A stretch of 64,000 nt of DNA, taken from Podarcis erhardii (Eukaryota). The position numbers and the translations under genes were made by a program. Position 1 is the stretch's first letter. Every line of letters starts with the position of its first letter. The stretch is taken from NCBI GenBank assembly GCA_964252035.1, contig OZ176200.1; one strand, given 5' to 3'. Of this stretch, positions 1 to 64,000 are shown piece by piece. The notes beneath the pieces were generated by a model that was not told where the DNA came from, did no database searches, and saw nothing but the letters and a program-made list of their open reading frames with translations.

Positions 1-2
1 TA

Positions 3-185
3 CAGTCGTACCTCGGAACTTGAACGGAATCCGTTCTGGAAGTCCGTTCAATGTCTAAAACGTTCGGAAACCAAAGCTCCTGCAGCCGATCGGAAGCTGT
101 GGAAGCCCCGTTGGACGTTCAGTTTCCAAAAGGACGTTCAAAAACTAACACTCACTTCAGGTTTTTGATTGTTTAGGAGCCGGAA
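3..185. mobile_element. Tc1/mariner (Tigger/pogo-like) MITE family A, truncated on the right
   Basis: TA + CAGTCGTACCTCGG left end; the body aligns by eye with the full copy at 41436-41685; no right TIR seen. Confidence 0.8.
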
Positions 186-670
186 CAACATTAATAGTTG
201 AAATGTAGCAGAAGTTGGTGAGGTAGCAGAGGCAATGAATAAAAATAGGCAGCTGCCACTTATTGACATCCAAGGGTTAAGGCAGCCACCATATTTTTAC
301 CTCTTTCAGACTAAAAGGGCAATCCAAACCCCAACTACTGAGTGGTGATGCTTTTCAGAACACTGTGGCCACTGCCATATCTGCAGTCCTGCTATCAATG
401 GTGGTTGGGCAAGAAGAGCAGAGGTAGGACAATCCGTGAGCCATGACTGGACCCAATGCGCTCATGTGATGGCAGCCAAACTGGCTCAGGAGCCAATGGC
501 TCCAAGTCGAGCTAAACCCCTTCCCCATTCTTCCTTTAGAAGGCCCCATTTGGTGGCTTCTGCTGGCTGCTGCTGGAGGTGATCCTGCTGGCGGCACTTT
601 CACCCACCCTTTGGGTGGAAGGCCACCTTAGCCAGGCAGAGGCAATTCTGCTTCAGCTCAGTACAAGGGC

Positions 671-708
671 TTATTACTGTTACTGTTACTATTACTATTA
701 TTATTACT
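671..708. repeat. Imperfect (TTA/TAC) microsatellite
   Basis: ttattactgttactgttactattactattattattact. Confidence 0.8.
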
Positions 709-933
709 CTTGCAACTTGATGACAAGGAGCCACAGCTTTGTTCTTTCCTCAGGTTATTTTAAATAACAACCATTTTTTAAAATAGACGTGCATTTCCCC
801 AGCAACAATATTTTGAATATCATGTGTCTCTATATCCCAGTCTCTCTATCCTACACAAGTACTCTGTTGTGCCACATACTGATTCCCTGTAATAACTCTC
901 ACACACCAAATTTATCTCCATTTACATGGACTA

Positions 934-15160
<14,227 letters not shown>

Positions 15161-15295
15161 CTCCGTCTTTCTGTTTGTAAACATTTCAAATTCTGCCCCC
15201 TCTCCACTGTCTAAGGATTTCCATCATTCCCTTGGCCAGAGGACGCCTAAAAGCCACCTTTGCGCTAGAAAACTAGAATGAAAACTAGCAGCTGA

Positions 15296-15686
15296 ATTAT
15301 TTATTTTTACCATTTATTAAAGCTGTATACCGCCCTATACCCGCAGGTCTCAGGGCTGTTCACAGGATAAAAATCACAATATAAAATCACGAAATGCACA
15401 AAATAAAAACAACAGCCCAACAATCCCCTCCCCCTATTTAGCCTGGCGCCTAAAGGTGTCTAATGAAGGCACCAGGCAAATCCCCCTGGGGAGAGCATCC
15501 CACAAATGGGGGGATGGGGGGCCACTGCAGAAAAGGCCTGTTCTCATGATGCCACGCTCCAGACCTCTGGTGGAGAAGGCCCACAAAGAAGGGCTTCAGA
15601 AGATGATCTCAGGGTAGGTTCATATGGAAAGAGGCAGTCCTTGAGGTATTGAAGTCCTGAGCCAGCACTTTGAATTGGGCCCAGAG
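15296..15686 (-). mobile_element. L2-type LINE 3' fragment about 0.7 kb upstream of the ABCC8 ATG
   Basis: TTTATT-type tail plus TATACCGCCCTAT...GGGCTGTTCACA and TTGAATTGGGCCC motifs recalled from squamate L2 3' ends. Confidence 0.7.
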
Positions 15687-15927
15687 CACAGCTTTCCAAA
15701 CTGTGGGTTGTGACATGTTATGTGACATGTTATGTGACATGTTGTGACATGTGACATGTGTCTGCTGCAGTGTGTAGGTGTGTCGCGCGAATGCTCCCTG
15801 TGCTCCTCCTGGGGCTGGAAAGCTGTTAGTTTAACATCCGGTTTGCTAGTAAAACTGAATTATTGTGTTGTGAAATGATGCATGTCTAAAAAGCGTGTCA
15901 CCAACATGAAAAATTTGGAAAGCTCTG
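15687..15927. mobile_element. hAT-type MITE (241 bp) nested at the end of an L2 fragment
   Basis: TIR CA(C)AGCTTTCCAAA / TTTGGAAAGCTCTG; 8-bp TSD GCCCAGAG (15679-86 / 15928-35); internal GTGACATGT tandem expansion. Confidence 0.85.
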
Positions 15928-17591
15928 GCCCAGAGTATTGGAGCTGGAGTATTATGACATACACAGGGCCGACCCAAGACATTTGGGTACCTGAGGCCGA
16001 TCACAAGATTGCTCTTTCCCTCCCAGCTAGGGAAGAAGGAGTGAGTGAAGATCTACATCAGGAGCAAAAGGGAAATAAAGATCTACATCCTGTCAATCCA
16101 GCCCTGGAAACGAACAGGGCTCCCTTGTCCCTTGCTCTGCTAGCCTGCCCTCTGCTCTGTTGCTGTTACTGCTAAATGCCTGATCAGGCCATTATAAGAT
16201 CACAACAATTCATTGTTTGGAAGAATCTTATCTGGCTTGCATCATTGAAATTTGGGGTGGATGAGCTGGGTCCACTCAGTTCTGCACCAGCCAGGGGCAG
16301 TGTGTCCTGTTTCACTCTGCCCTGCTGCCAAAGCCGCTGCATGTGCTCAGTGGAGTAGCTGTTGCCTTGGCACAGAATTCTGAGAAATTCTGAGCAGGAT
16401 TTACTTTTTCCTGCTGCAGAATCTTATTACCCAGGTGCAGAATTTAAAGGTTTTGGCTTGAAGTAACCACAGTCCTTAAGTATGTCATGCTATTTATAGT
16501 CCTGGAGTATTTATGAGAATAGTCTTCTCTTCTTTCTGCAACTCTGTTTCTACAGTGTTAACAAGCTGCTGTGACAACTATCAAGACTGGAGTTTGTAGG
16601 AGCAAGCTGCCAAATAAGTTATACTTTCAATAATACGAAGACATAAGAAACTTCACAGACTTTATTGGTTTTGTACTTTTAAGAACCTTTCGAAGAGCAT
16701 GAAATATGAGGATCTGATTCTGTTCTATTAAAGTCAAATAAAGCTATCAACAACTTTAGAGGGTTCAGATCAAATGCTGTGGGTGCTGCAAATTCATCTG
16801 GTCGCATAACTTGTAAAAATTCAGCACAAAGGTCAGCTCCTTATAAGCAATTTCATTCCCTTCACATCACTCATACCATACCTAGTACAGTCAGTAACCT
16901 AATTCAGTTGTGGATAGAAGGCAGAACAGGAAGAACTCATAGATCTCCGAGTGGTGGTTTGAAGCAAATTGGCAAAGATTCCTGACTCCCAATTGTTTAG
17001 CAATGGTTGCAACAAAGTAACTCTCTCTACTCCCATATTATAGTGTAGAAAGGGTTTTTGAAGGGGGTGGGGATAACAAGGAGAATATTTTTTTAAAAAA
17101 ATGTGGAAGGATTGTGAGCTCCATTCAGTTCTGGTTGTTGTAAAAACAGGTTCCTGGAGTCATAATTATTTAATTCTGTGGTCTAATTTCAACTAAAGAG
17201 CTGCACTAGTGAAAACCAGCACAACAATCTTGCTGGAGGGATGGGGCTTCTTGCCCCCACTGTTTCTTCTGCATGCCCCATGTCCCACAGATCAATTCTG
17301 GGGGTTGGGAGAACCTTCATAATAGCACACAGGGGGAGGGGAGGTCATTCCATCTGGCAAGCATAAATTCTTGTATTGACCAAATGATCATATTAACACA
17401 ACACTGTACATAAATGTCTTTTGCACTGGATTCCATATTATAGTCTCAGGATTCTGGTAAAAACCAGAGTATATTCCACAAGCTTGGTGTCTGCCAAGCT
17501 CTGACTTACCCTCCCTTACTCCCCTACTTGAGTCATAATTTCGCTGCCAAGCAGTGGCTGGGGCAACCCAATCAGATGAGCAGGGTACAAA

Positions 17592-17616
17592 TATTATTAT
17601 TATTATTATTATTATT
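17592..17616. repeat. (TAT)8 microsatellite
   Basis: Direct reading. Confidence 0.92.
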
Positions 17617-19862
17617 TCTTTAGAGAAGAACAGGGATCACTGATTAGCTAAAGACTGATGTCTCTATTCTAAATTCCCATGAGTAGGATTTGCTCAGAGG
17701 ATACTCTTGCTAGTGGGTAGGGGGAAGTGATTTCTAGTAATCCTTTCTGCCCCCTGCAGGCTCCTACGGCACACGAAAATGTCTCCAGAAGATTGAAAGA
17801 ATCTTCCAGCATTAGCGAAAATTGCCCCTCCCTTTCCAACAACAGAAACTTCTCCTGGATCAGGGTCCCTTCAGTAAATGGATGGATAGCCCAGGATCCA
17901 GGTCAGAAAGAGACATTCATTTTGGCAAAGAATGGGAACAAGTAATGCATAGAATTTTCTTGCTTTAAGTAAGGGCAGTTGTGCTCCAATCTTTTGAACT
18001 CAGTAAGCTCTAGCTGGTGGTAGTACATTTTTCTTCTCAGGCCACAGAATTGGGTGGCTGTGTTCTCCCTTGTCAGGTATAACATCGCCAGTTTAACTGA
18101 TGTTGTGCAAACATAGAATAACATATCATAGCCTTTAAATTCACATCACAGTCATTTTTAAGGGGGATCTGGCTTCCAGGAAAACTCCGCAGAAAGCAAA
18201 TGAAGCACAGAACTGCTGTAAGAATACTGTACATCTTCATAAAACTGTGGTATCAAGTAGGTCCATGATGCAGAGAACTTGGATATGTGTTAACAAGAGA
18301 TTAAATATGTGCAGCTTTCAAACAAGATGGTGCTTTCCAAGCAGTTTCAATGAACAGCTATGTGATTGACAGCTCACACCTCTAGGACTAGGATGAATGT
18401 ACTAATTTTACGTGCCACATGTAAAAATATATATAGCACTTGACTATTTATCCACAGAAAGTAGCCATTTGTTCACTTTTAACAAGAATATGCCTAGTAT
18501 ACACTTATTTTGGAGTAGCTTTTGTATTTCTTTCAAACACTATAGTAGTGATTAAAGATTATTGCCTATGACAAATAAATGATAATCCAAAATAACAGGT
18601 CTTCACTTGATGTCATTTTGAACATTTGTATCAAGTGAAGACCAGAGTATTGCTTCTTACTATTCCCTTTCATACAACAGCTCCCAAAAAATCACTGTAA
18701 TAGGAGTGCCTTTTGTGGCTGATGAAAATGTTCATAAATTTCATCCTCACTCAGTTCACTCCTATTTACCGGTAAATGCATTTTCCTATGTTTAATGTAA
18801 TTGAAACTGAATTCTATTGTAAGATGCATCAAGTGCTTTTAAAAAATGACATTTAAGTGGTGTAAATAAGAAATGGGAGCACATATGAAACACTTCTCAT
18901 TTGTTCATGATTCAGATTCTTCAAATGTGTTATAAATAACTAATAGAGGCTTCCCATTTGTAACAAAAGTAGTCTTCTTTCTAACTTCCATCAGGACAGA
19001 GTAATTGCCTTGATCTGGATTCAGATGGTGACATCCAAGGTTGCTTGTTTAGCTGTGCCTGAAACAAAAAAGCCCATCTGCGTAACGTTCTTAATCAGTT
19101 CCAGAGCTTGGGTTTAACTCCAAGGATAGAACGGAGCTGTTTTCTTTATAAAATTAACAAGGCACTGCACTTATTAAAGAGTTGGATTTCTGATAACAAT
19201 GTGATGACACAAGGGTTAGTGGAAATTTACTGCAGAACCATGTTTAGAAGCATATATATGAAAAGAGGCCATATCTGTTGCTGAACAAGTTATGCTTTCA
19301 TACTGTCTCTGTTCTGCTTCTCATCTATGCTGTCATTATTAGGAGGTGTGAACAAACTCAATCACACTGTGTCCAGATGGAAAGCAACACATGGAATGAT
19401 TACTCTCTGACATGTGAGCCAGAAGCATTCTTAGTAGAACTAAGCATTTTGTTGTTGCTTAGAACATTTGTATCTCTGCTTCTGAGCCAGGTTATGGAAG
19501 GGAGAAGTACATAACTCATGTAAGTCTTGTACAGTCCCCTAAATATGTATGGCTGCCAATATTAATCCCTGTTGCTTTCAAATCCAAACAAATATGAGAC
19601 AGAATACCACTTATTTCCTCAAATGCAGCTCTGACTGTGATCCAGTTCCATAAGGTTGTGCACTGGTAGTGACTAACTTTATAAAAATATGGTAGTTTTA
19701 CTCTCACTTGGTCCCTAAACAAAAAACATGGACTTTAAAGCTGGTGTCTCTTTACTTTGGTCTCTGAAGAGCTGGTGGTTAGCCTGAAGTGACTTTTGCC
19801 TGCTGCAGGTCTTCAGAGGATAATCTGAAAGGTATAATTTGTTCCCTTATCACCCTCTAAGG

Positions 19863-19998
19863 CAGTGTTTCCCAACCTTGGGCCTCCAGCTGTTTTTGAA
19901 CTACAATTCCCATCATCCCTGACCACTGGTCTTGCTAGCTAGGGATGATGGGAGTTGTAGGCCAAAAACATCTGGAGGCCCAAGGTTGGGAAACACTG
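19863..19998. mobile_element. hAT (Charlie-like) hairpin MITE, 136 bp
   Basis: TIR CAGTGTTTCCCAACCTTGGG; perfect 8-bp TSD CTCTAAGG (19855-62 / 19999-20006); near-palindromic body. Confidence 0.92.
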
Positions 19999-21557
19999 CT
20001 CTAAGGGAAGGGAAAATAGCAAATAGTTGGACCTTTTGGAAAGATGGGTCCTAGAGATCCTCTTTGCCTTTTCTGCTCTTTCAAAAGTCATGTTAGCCAG
20101 CACATAGATCTGTGTAAAATTGGTGGCATAATTATCTTAAAAGTCATTGCACTGAAATAAAGTTTTCTTAAGCAATGAGTGTCTGCTAATCTCACATTCC
20201 AGTTAAACAACTGATTCTCTGTTTGGCCTTAGTTGATCATGTGCTTTATTCCTGGGGAAATGTCTCTCTACTAATTGACAGTTGAAGAATCCTACTTACT
20301 TTAAATATGAAAATCTTTGTATTGTGATGGGTTTGTTTTTTTTAACAAGTTGTTCTGTATAGTTCCTCTACTTAAAATTTTCACCTTGTGGTAGTAGAAC
20401 ATACTATTTTTGCTTTTTTAAAAAAGTGAGGGAATCAAATAGAAAGTTTTTAAAAGGACCTTCAAAATGGTGGCAGGATGTCTTTTTTAAAAAACTAAAC
20501 TTTTGTTTTCTTCTTGTCTTATTAAATGTTATGTCAATATAATTGCCAGATTGTCCATTGTACAGTATGTTTACATGGGAAAAAGCTCTTCTTTCCCATT
20601 TAAATTTCCTGTTAAGCCGTAAGTAAACAAGAACCTATTAAAGTTAGGGGAGGATGAAGAGGTCAGTGATCCCCAGAATGGGAAACAGTAGAGGAAAAGA
20701 GGAAAGAGTAGAAGTGGGGAAAAGAAGATTGAAGCCAAGCAAATGTTAACATCTTTCTTTTCAGGACATGTTTGCACACTTTGTGGGGAAGATGACTGTG
20801 AGCATTTTAGGAAGATGCCCTATGGCTTCTCATTGTATTTTGGGGATAAAAGCAGCACTTGGAAGCCAGAAGTCCCCTTTTGCTACTGGAAAACCTCTTC
20901 TACTCACAGGCTAATGGAAGACTGCTGCATAACCCCCCAAAGCTAGATAAATTCTTTCATACGATATTATTTCCCACTAGAATTTATACATTGCAGCCTG
21001 TATCTTCCTTACTCACCATAACTTCTCATACTGTAATGCTGCACTGTGGGAATAATTGAATTTCACAGCACATGAATGGTTTGATACATTAAATATTTAC
21101 CAATGATGGGACTAAGATTGATCTGGAAACACTCTCTTTCACTTTCGGCTCCCCTTAAAACTGGATACTCTTAACAAAGGACAAATGGCAAGTAAGGGAG
21201 AGACGTTTTCTTCAGACAAAAATAGCCCTTTCATCTTGTATTTGCTGTCATAGGGAACTTGCTTTTGATGCTAAAAGGACCCCACAATCTAGGAGTTAAA
21301 AGTACAACAAGTATTTTAGTGAGTCAGACAATTGGTGCTTCTAAACTAGATCATCTCTAACACAGGCCTGTCCACATGTAGAGGCTCTGGCAGTCATCTT
21401 TCCTAGCCATGCCCCAACAGAACTTATTGTGAATTTTAATTATGTATTGATTTTATACTTGTAAACTGCTTAGAAGCCATCTTGCCATATACATGATAGA
21501 TAGATAAGTAAGTAAAAAATGTTATCTGAGATCCTTCCTAGTAGGGATGCTTGGAAC

Positions 21558-21742
21558 CAGGGATATCAACCTGAATAAAATATTGTGGGGACCCAGGTAA
21601 GCCCCACCCCACATAATCACATGATGCAGTGCATACACCCCATTTGAATGGAAATGCCCATCAACTTTGTGGGGGCCCGCCCCCCTCAAATATTTTTTTT
21701 GTGGGGGCCGAAGCTCCCAAGGCCCCTAGGAGTTGGATTCTA
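21558..21742. mobile_element. Squamate DNA-transposon-derived MITE
   Basis: CAGGGATATCAACCTGAATAAAATATTGTGGGG...GGCCCCTAGGAGTTGG; internal AAATATT/GGGG symmetry; family recalled from memory. Confidence 0.6.
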
Positions 21743-21934
21743 AGCTAGGGCTTCTACATTCAGGGCATATGCTACATTACCAAGTTATGGATCCCTATCT
21801 CCCAACACACCTGGAGTGGGAGTAAATGCTTGTACAGTAGCTCCTCAAAGTGTGTTTTTATTATTTTGAAACAAACCAAGAATTTGGCATATTTACCAAC
21901 AACCACAAGTTATCAGAATCCTGTTAAAAGACAC

Positions 21935-21967
21935 AGTAACTCAGTGTCTGGGAATTACCATTTTATT
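21935..21967 (-). terminator. USH1C: Candidate USH1C poly(A) signal (AATAAA at 21967-21962) with downstream GU/U-rich element
   Basis: First canonical AATAAA found after the stop (about 630 nt of 3' UTR), followed by CA dinucleotides and GTTACTGTGTCTTTT; a second AATAAA lies at 21862-21857. Confidence 0.5.
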
Positions 21968-22593
21968 TTCAAAATACACTATTGCATTAAAAGGCAGTTT
22001 AGAAATTATGCTGTATATTTGGATATCTTGGCACACTGGAACAACAGCAGATGTGAAACATAAAAACAAAAATCATTTTTGAATATAGAGTAATTAAGAA
22101 AATGTAAATGCTGTATCTGTAAAGATTCAAAACAGCAATTCAGAAACGCATTAAGCATTGAGTTATTTATATCATCAGTATCCTCGCTGAATTCCCCCCT
22201 ATCTTCTGTGCTTTAAGTATTAGTATGTTAGAAAATTACCCATGTGTAGGATTGTGTTATTTCTTCCTTTGAGAAAGGATCAAACTCTCCTAAACAATGT
22301 CACCTGTAGTGTAGTTAGGACAGTTTCAGAATTGGCCCCTGGCTCTTTTTATCATCTCCAATGAATTATTCAGCTGTTGGCAGTTATAAGCAACCACAAA
22401 CCATGGCTTATGAGAGGAAATAAAATGACATGCTGCTCTGAGAGTTCAAACACAAGGCCGTGAATGATTTGCAGAATCTCATGTTCATCTTATTCACACT
22501 TCTTGACTGATAGAAGTCTGATTTGATAAAAGTAACTTGATACCTATACATTGGTAGGTTTCTTCAGAATGCTTATGTTTTGTTTCTCCCATC

Positions 22594-62255
<39,662 letters not shown>

Positions 62256-63586
62256 CTGGAAAAGATGATAATTTTATTGTAATACTCTGACCACAAACTG
62301 TGACAGCTGAATAAACCCCAACTCATTAACCAAAATATAATAATTACATATATTTCTTTCTGCTTACAGGAGGCTTCTTGCAAAGGCAGCAATATTTTTT
62401 AAGAATGTGAAATAAAAACTACACCGGTGGAATTTATTATTGTGCCAAAATCTAGTCATTTCATACCACAGAGCAGCATATTGATTCTCTTACCTGATAA
62501 TGACTAAATTGCTGAATAAATATCTTCAGAAACCTTTTAGGCCATTCACTAATGTAGCACATGACTGAGCAACCAGAAACAATTCTACCAAAACCATCTA
62601 GATACCGAGTTCAATGGTTTTAAACTAGAAATGTCAGCATCCTTCTCATGACGCTGTGCAGCAAACTAGATTGCTCCTTGCAGCTCTGATATCTTGACAG
62701 AGGAGAGCTTGCTGCTAGAGTTATTCTTTCTTCACTGTCTGTAACAACATGTTCACTTAAACTGGTGTCAGGTTTCAAGACTTTAATTTTGCTAACTGTT
62801 CAAAAATAAATAAAAGCACAGCGCCCACGTATAACATGGGAGAAGAAGTTACTTTTGGTAATCAGAAAGGACCACCACTGCCTGTGGCTTTCACATTGGT
62901 GAAAGTCAATCACGTCTGTGCTCATTTTCCTAAGAGCTATGGAGTTGCTACAAAGGCAGTTCTCAGAAGAACATAGGAACATATGGTCTGACTCAGTATA
63001 TCAGTCCATTTTTGCGAGTGTCATCTATTCTGATGGTGCAGAGGACCTCCCAGGTCTCAAGTAGGAAATGGAAAGGGCAACACCCCAAGGGGACTAGAAG
63101 CTAACAAACAAAACAAAACAAGAGACAAAGCCTGCTTGAAATGGAGAAACATATTAGAAGTTACAATACATCCAATGCTCTTCAGAAGACCAATAATTCC
63201 ATTTATTGGGTTAATTTATTCAAAGCATATTGTCTCAAATTAGATACCTTGAGCATACTTTCAACTCCAAAGGCACATGCCTCCCTTGTCTCCTGAGACA
63301 GACGGATGCCAACTGTATTTTCTAATATGTTCTTTAACTTTGAGGATTTGTATCCAAACTGTCAGGCTCTCCCAACCCTGCTCTTTATAACTCTTCTAAT
63401 TGGAGATGTTGGGGAATGAAGCTGGAAACTATGGCATACAGTCCATATCCTGTACTATTGGTTCATTCCTTAGAGCTAAAGAGAATGAAGATTGCTTAGC
63501 CTACTTAAGCAACATGCAAAGTAACATTTGCAAAAAATAATGGGGCATGATTCAGCCATGTACTGCAATCCCCAGAATATTTACTG

Positions 63587-63980
63587 AAGGAATTTCAATC
63601 CAGGTTTAGTTCTGGGTTTGGCATAGAGGAAGCCTTGGTTGCCGTAATAGATGACATTTGCCAGGAGAGAGACAAGTGGAATGTGATCCTGTTGGTTCTC
63701 CTTGATCTCTCTGTGACTTCTGGTGATACTGACCATGGGATCCTGCTGGAGCAACTCTGTCAGATGGGAAGTGGCAGCACAGTGACATGATGGCTCCTCT
63801 TTTACCTTCATAGTCAATTTCAGAAAGTTGCATTGGGAGATTTCTGGTTGGGTCTATGGCACTTGTGCTCTAGAGTCCCACAAAGTTCTATATTGTCCCT
63901 GATGTTTTTTAACATCTATACGAAGCTGTAGAGTGAGGTCATCAGAGGATTTTGAGTGAAGTGTCATCAGTATGTTAATG
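63587..63980 (+). mobile_element. Decayed L2-type reverse transcriptase fragment
   Basis: Translates as FQSRFSSGFGIEEALV...LLVLLDLSVTSGDTDHGILL...VPQSSILSLMFFNIY...CHQYVN with 3 in-frame stops (cf. FQSGFR, LLDLSAAFDT, GVPQGSILSP, QYADD). Confidence 0.88.
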
Positions 63981-64000
63981 CCAGTTCTATTTTTCTCTGT

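Noticed and set aside
19040-19085. Acceptor-like gcttttttgtttcAG| downstream of USH1C
   Set aside because: Lies about 2.9 kb beyond the likely poly(A) site, has a competing AG about 20 nt upstream, and the join gives an unrecognisable MHS* end
62420-62760. Donor-like CAG|GTAAGA at about 62495 with a short open frame upstream in USH1C intron 1
   Set aside because: No credible acceptor or similarity to MDRKVAREFRHK; exon 1 was not found between 62256 and 64000

Overview
Vertebrate (squamate, most likely lacertid lizard, judged from its Sauria SINE, BovB and MITE families) genomic DNA containing two spliced genes in tandem on the minus strand, in the same order as human 11p15.1. (1) USH1C/harmonin: exons 2-26 plus the terminal exon (62255 down to the stop at 22594). 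This includes the isoform-a exon 15 and the complete isoform-b cassette (exons 16-21: second coiled coil + PST). Exon 1 was not found and probably lies beyond the right edge; no b3-type exon 27 was found. (2) ABCC8/SUR1: CpG-island promoter and exons 1-8 (14585 down to 961), continuing past the left edge. Exons were located by hand from GT/AG boundaries. Lengths and phases match the human genes as I recall them, except ABCC8 exon 6 (+1 codon) and USH1C exons 8 (+3 codons), 19 (length not compared) and 21 (+4 codons). The rest is intronic/intergenic DNA with Tc1/mariner and hAT MITEs (many with readable TSDs), tRNA-derived SINEs, BovB, CR1 and L2 fragments and microsatellites. Nearly all supplied six-frame ORFs are spurious or exon read-throughs. 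No prokaryotic, CRISPR or bona fide RNA-gene features were seen. The most unusual observation is a Sauria SINE whose 5' half is inverted inside an 11-bp target-site duplication, the twin-priming signature best known from mammalian L1. Other leads are an upstream in-frame ATG in ABCC8, inverted MITE pairs bracketing frame-symmetric USH1C exon blocks, and RBFOX-motif/weak-splice-site control of the harmonin-b cassette. Comparisons to human proteins and repeat consensuses are from memory, not from database searches.
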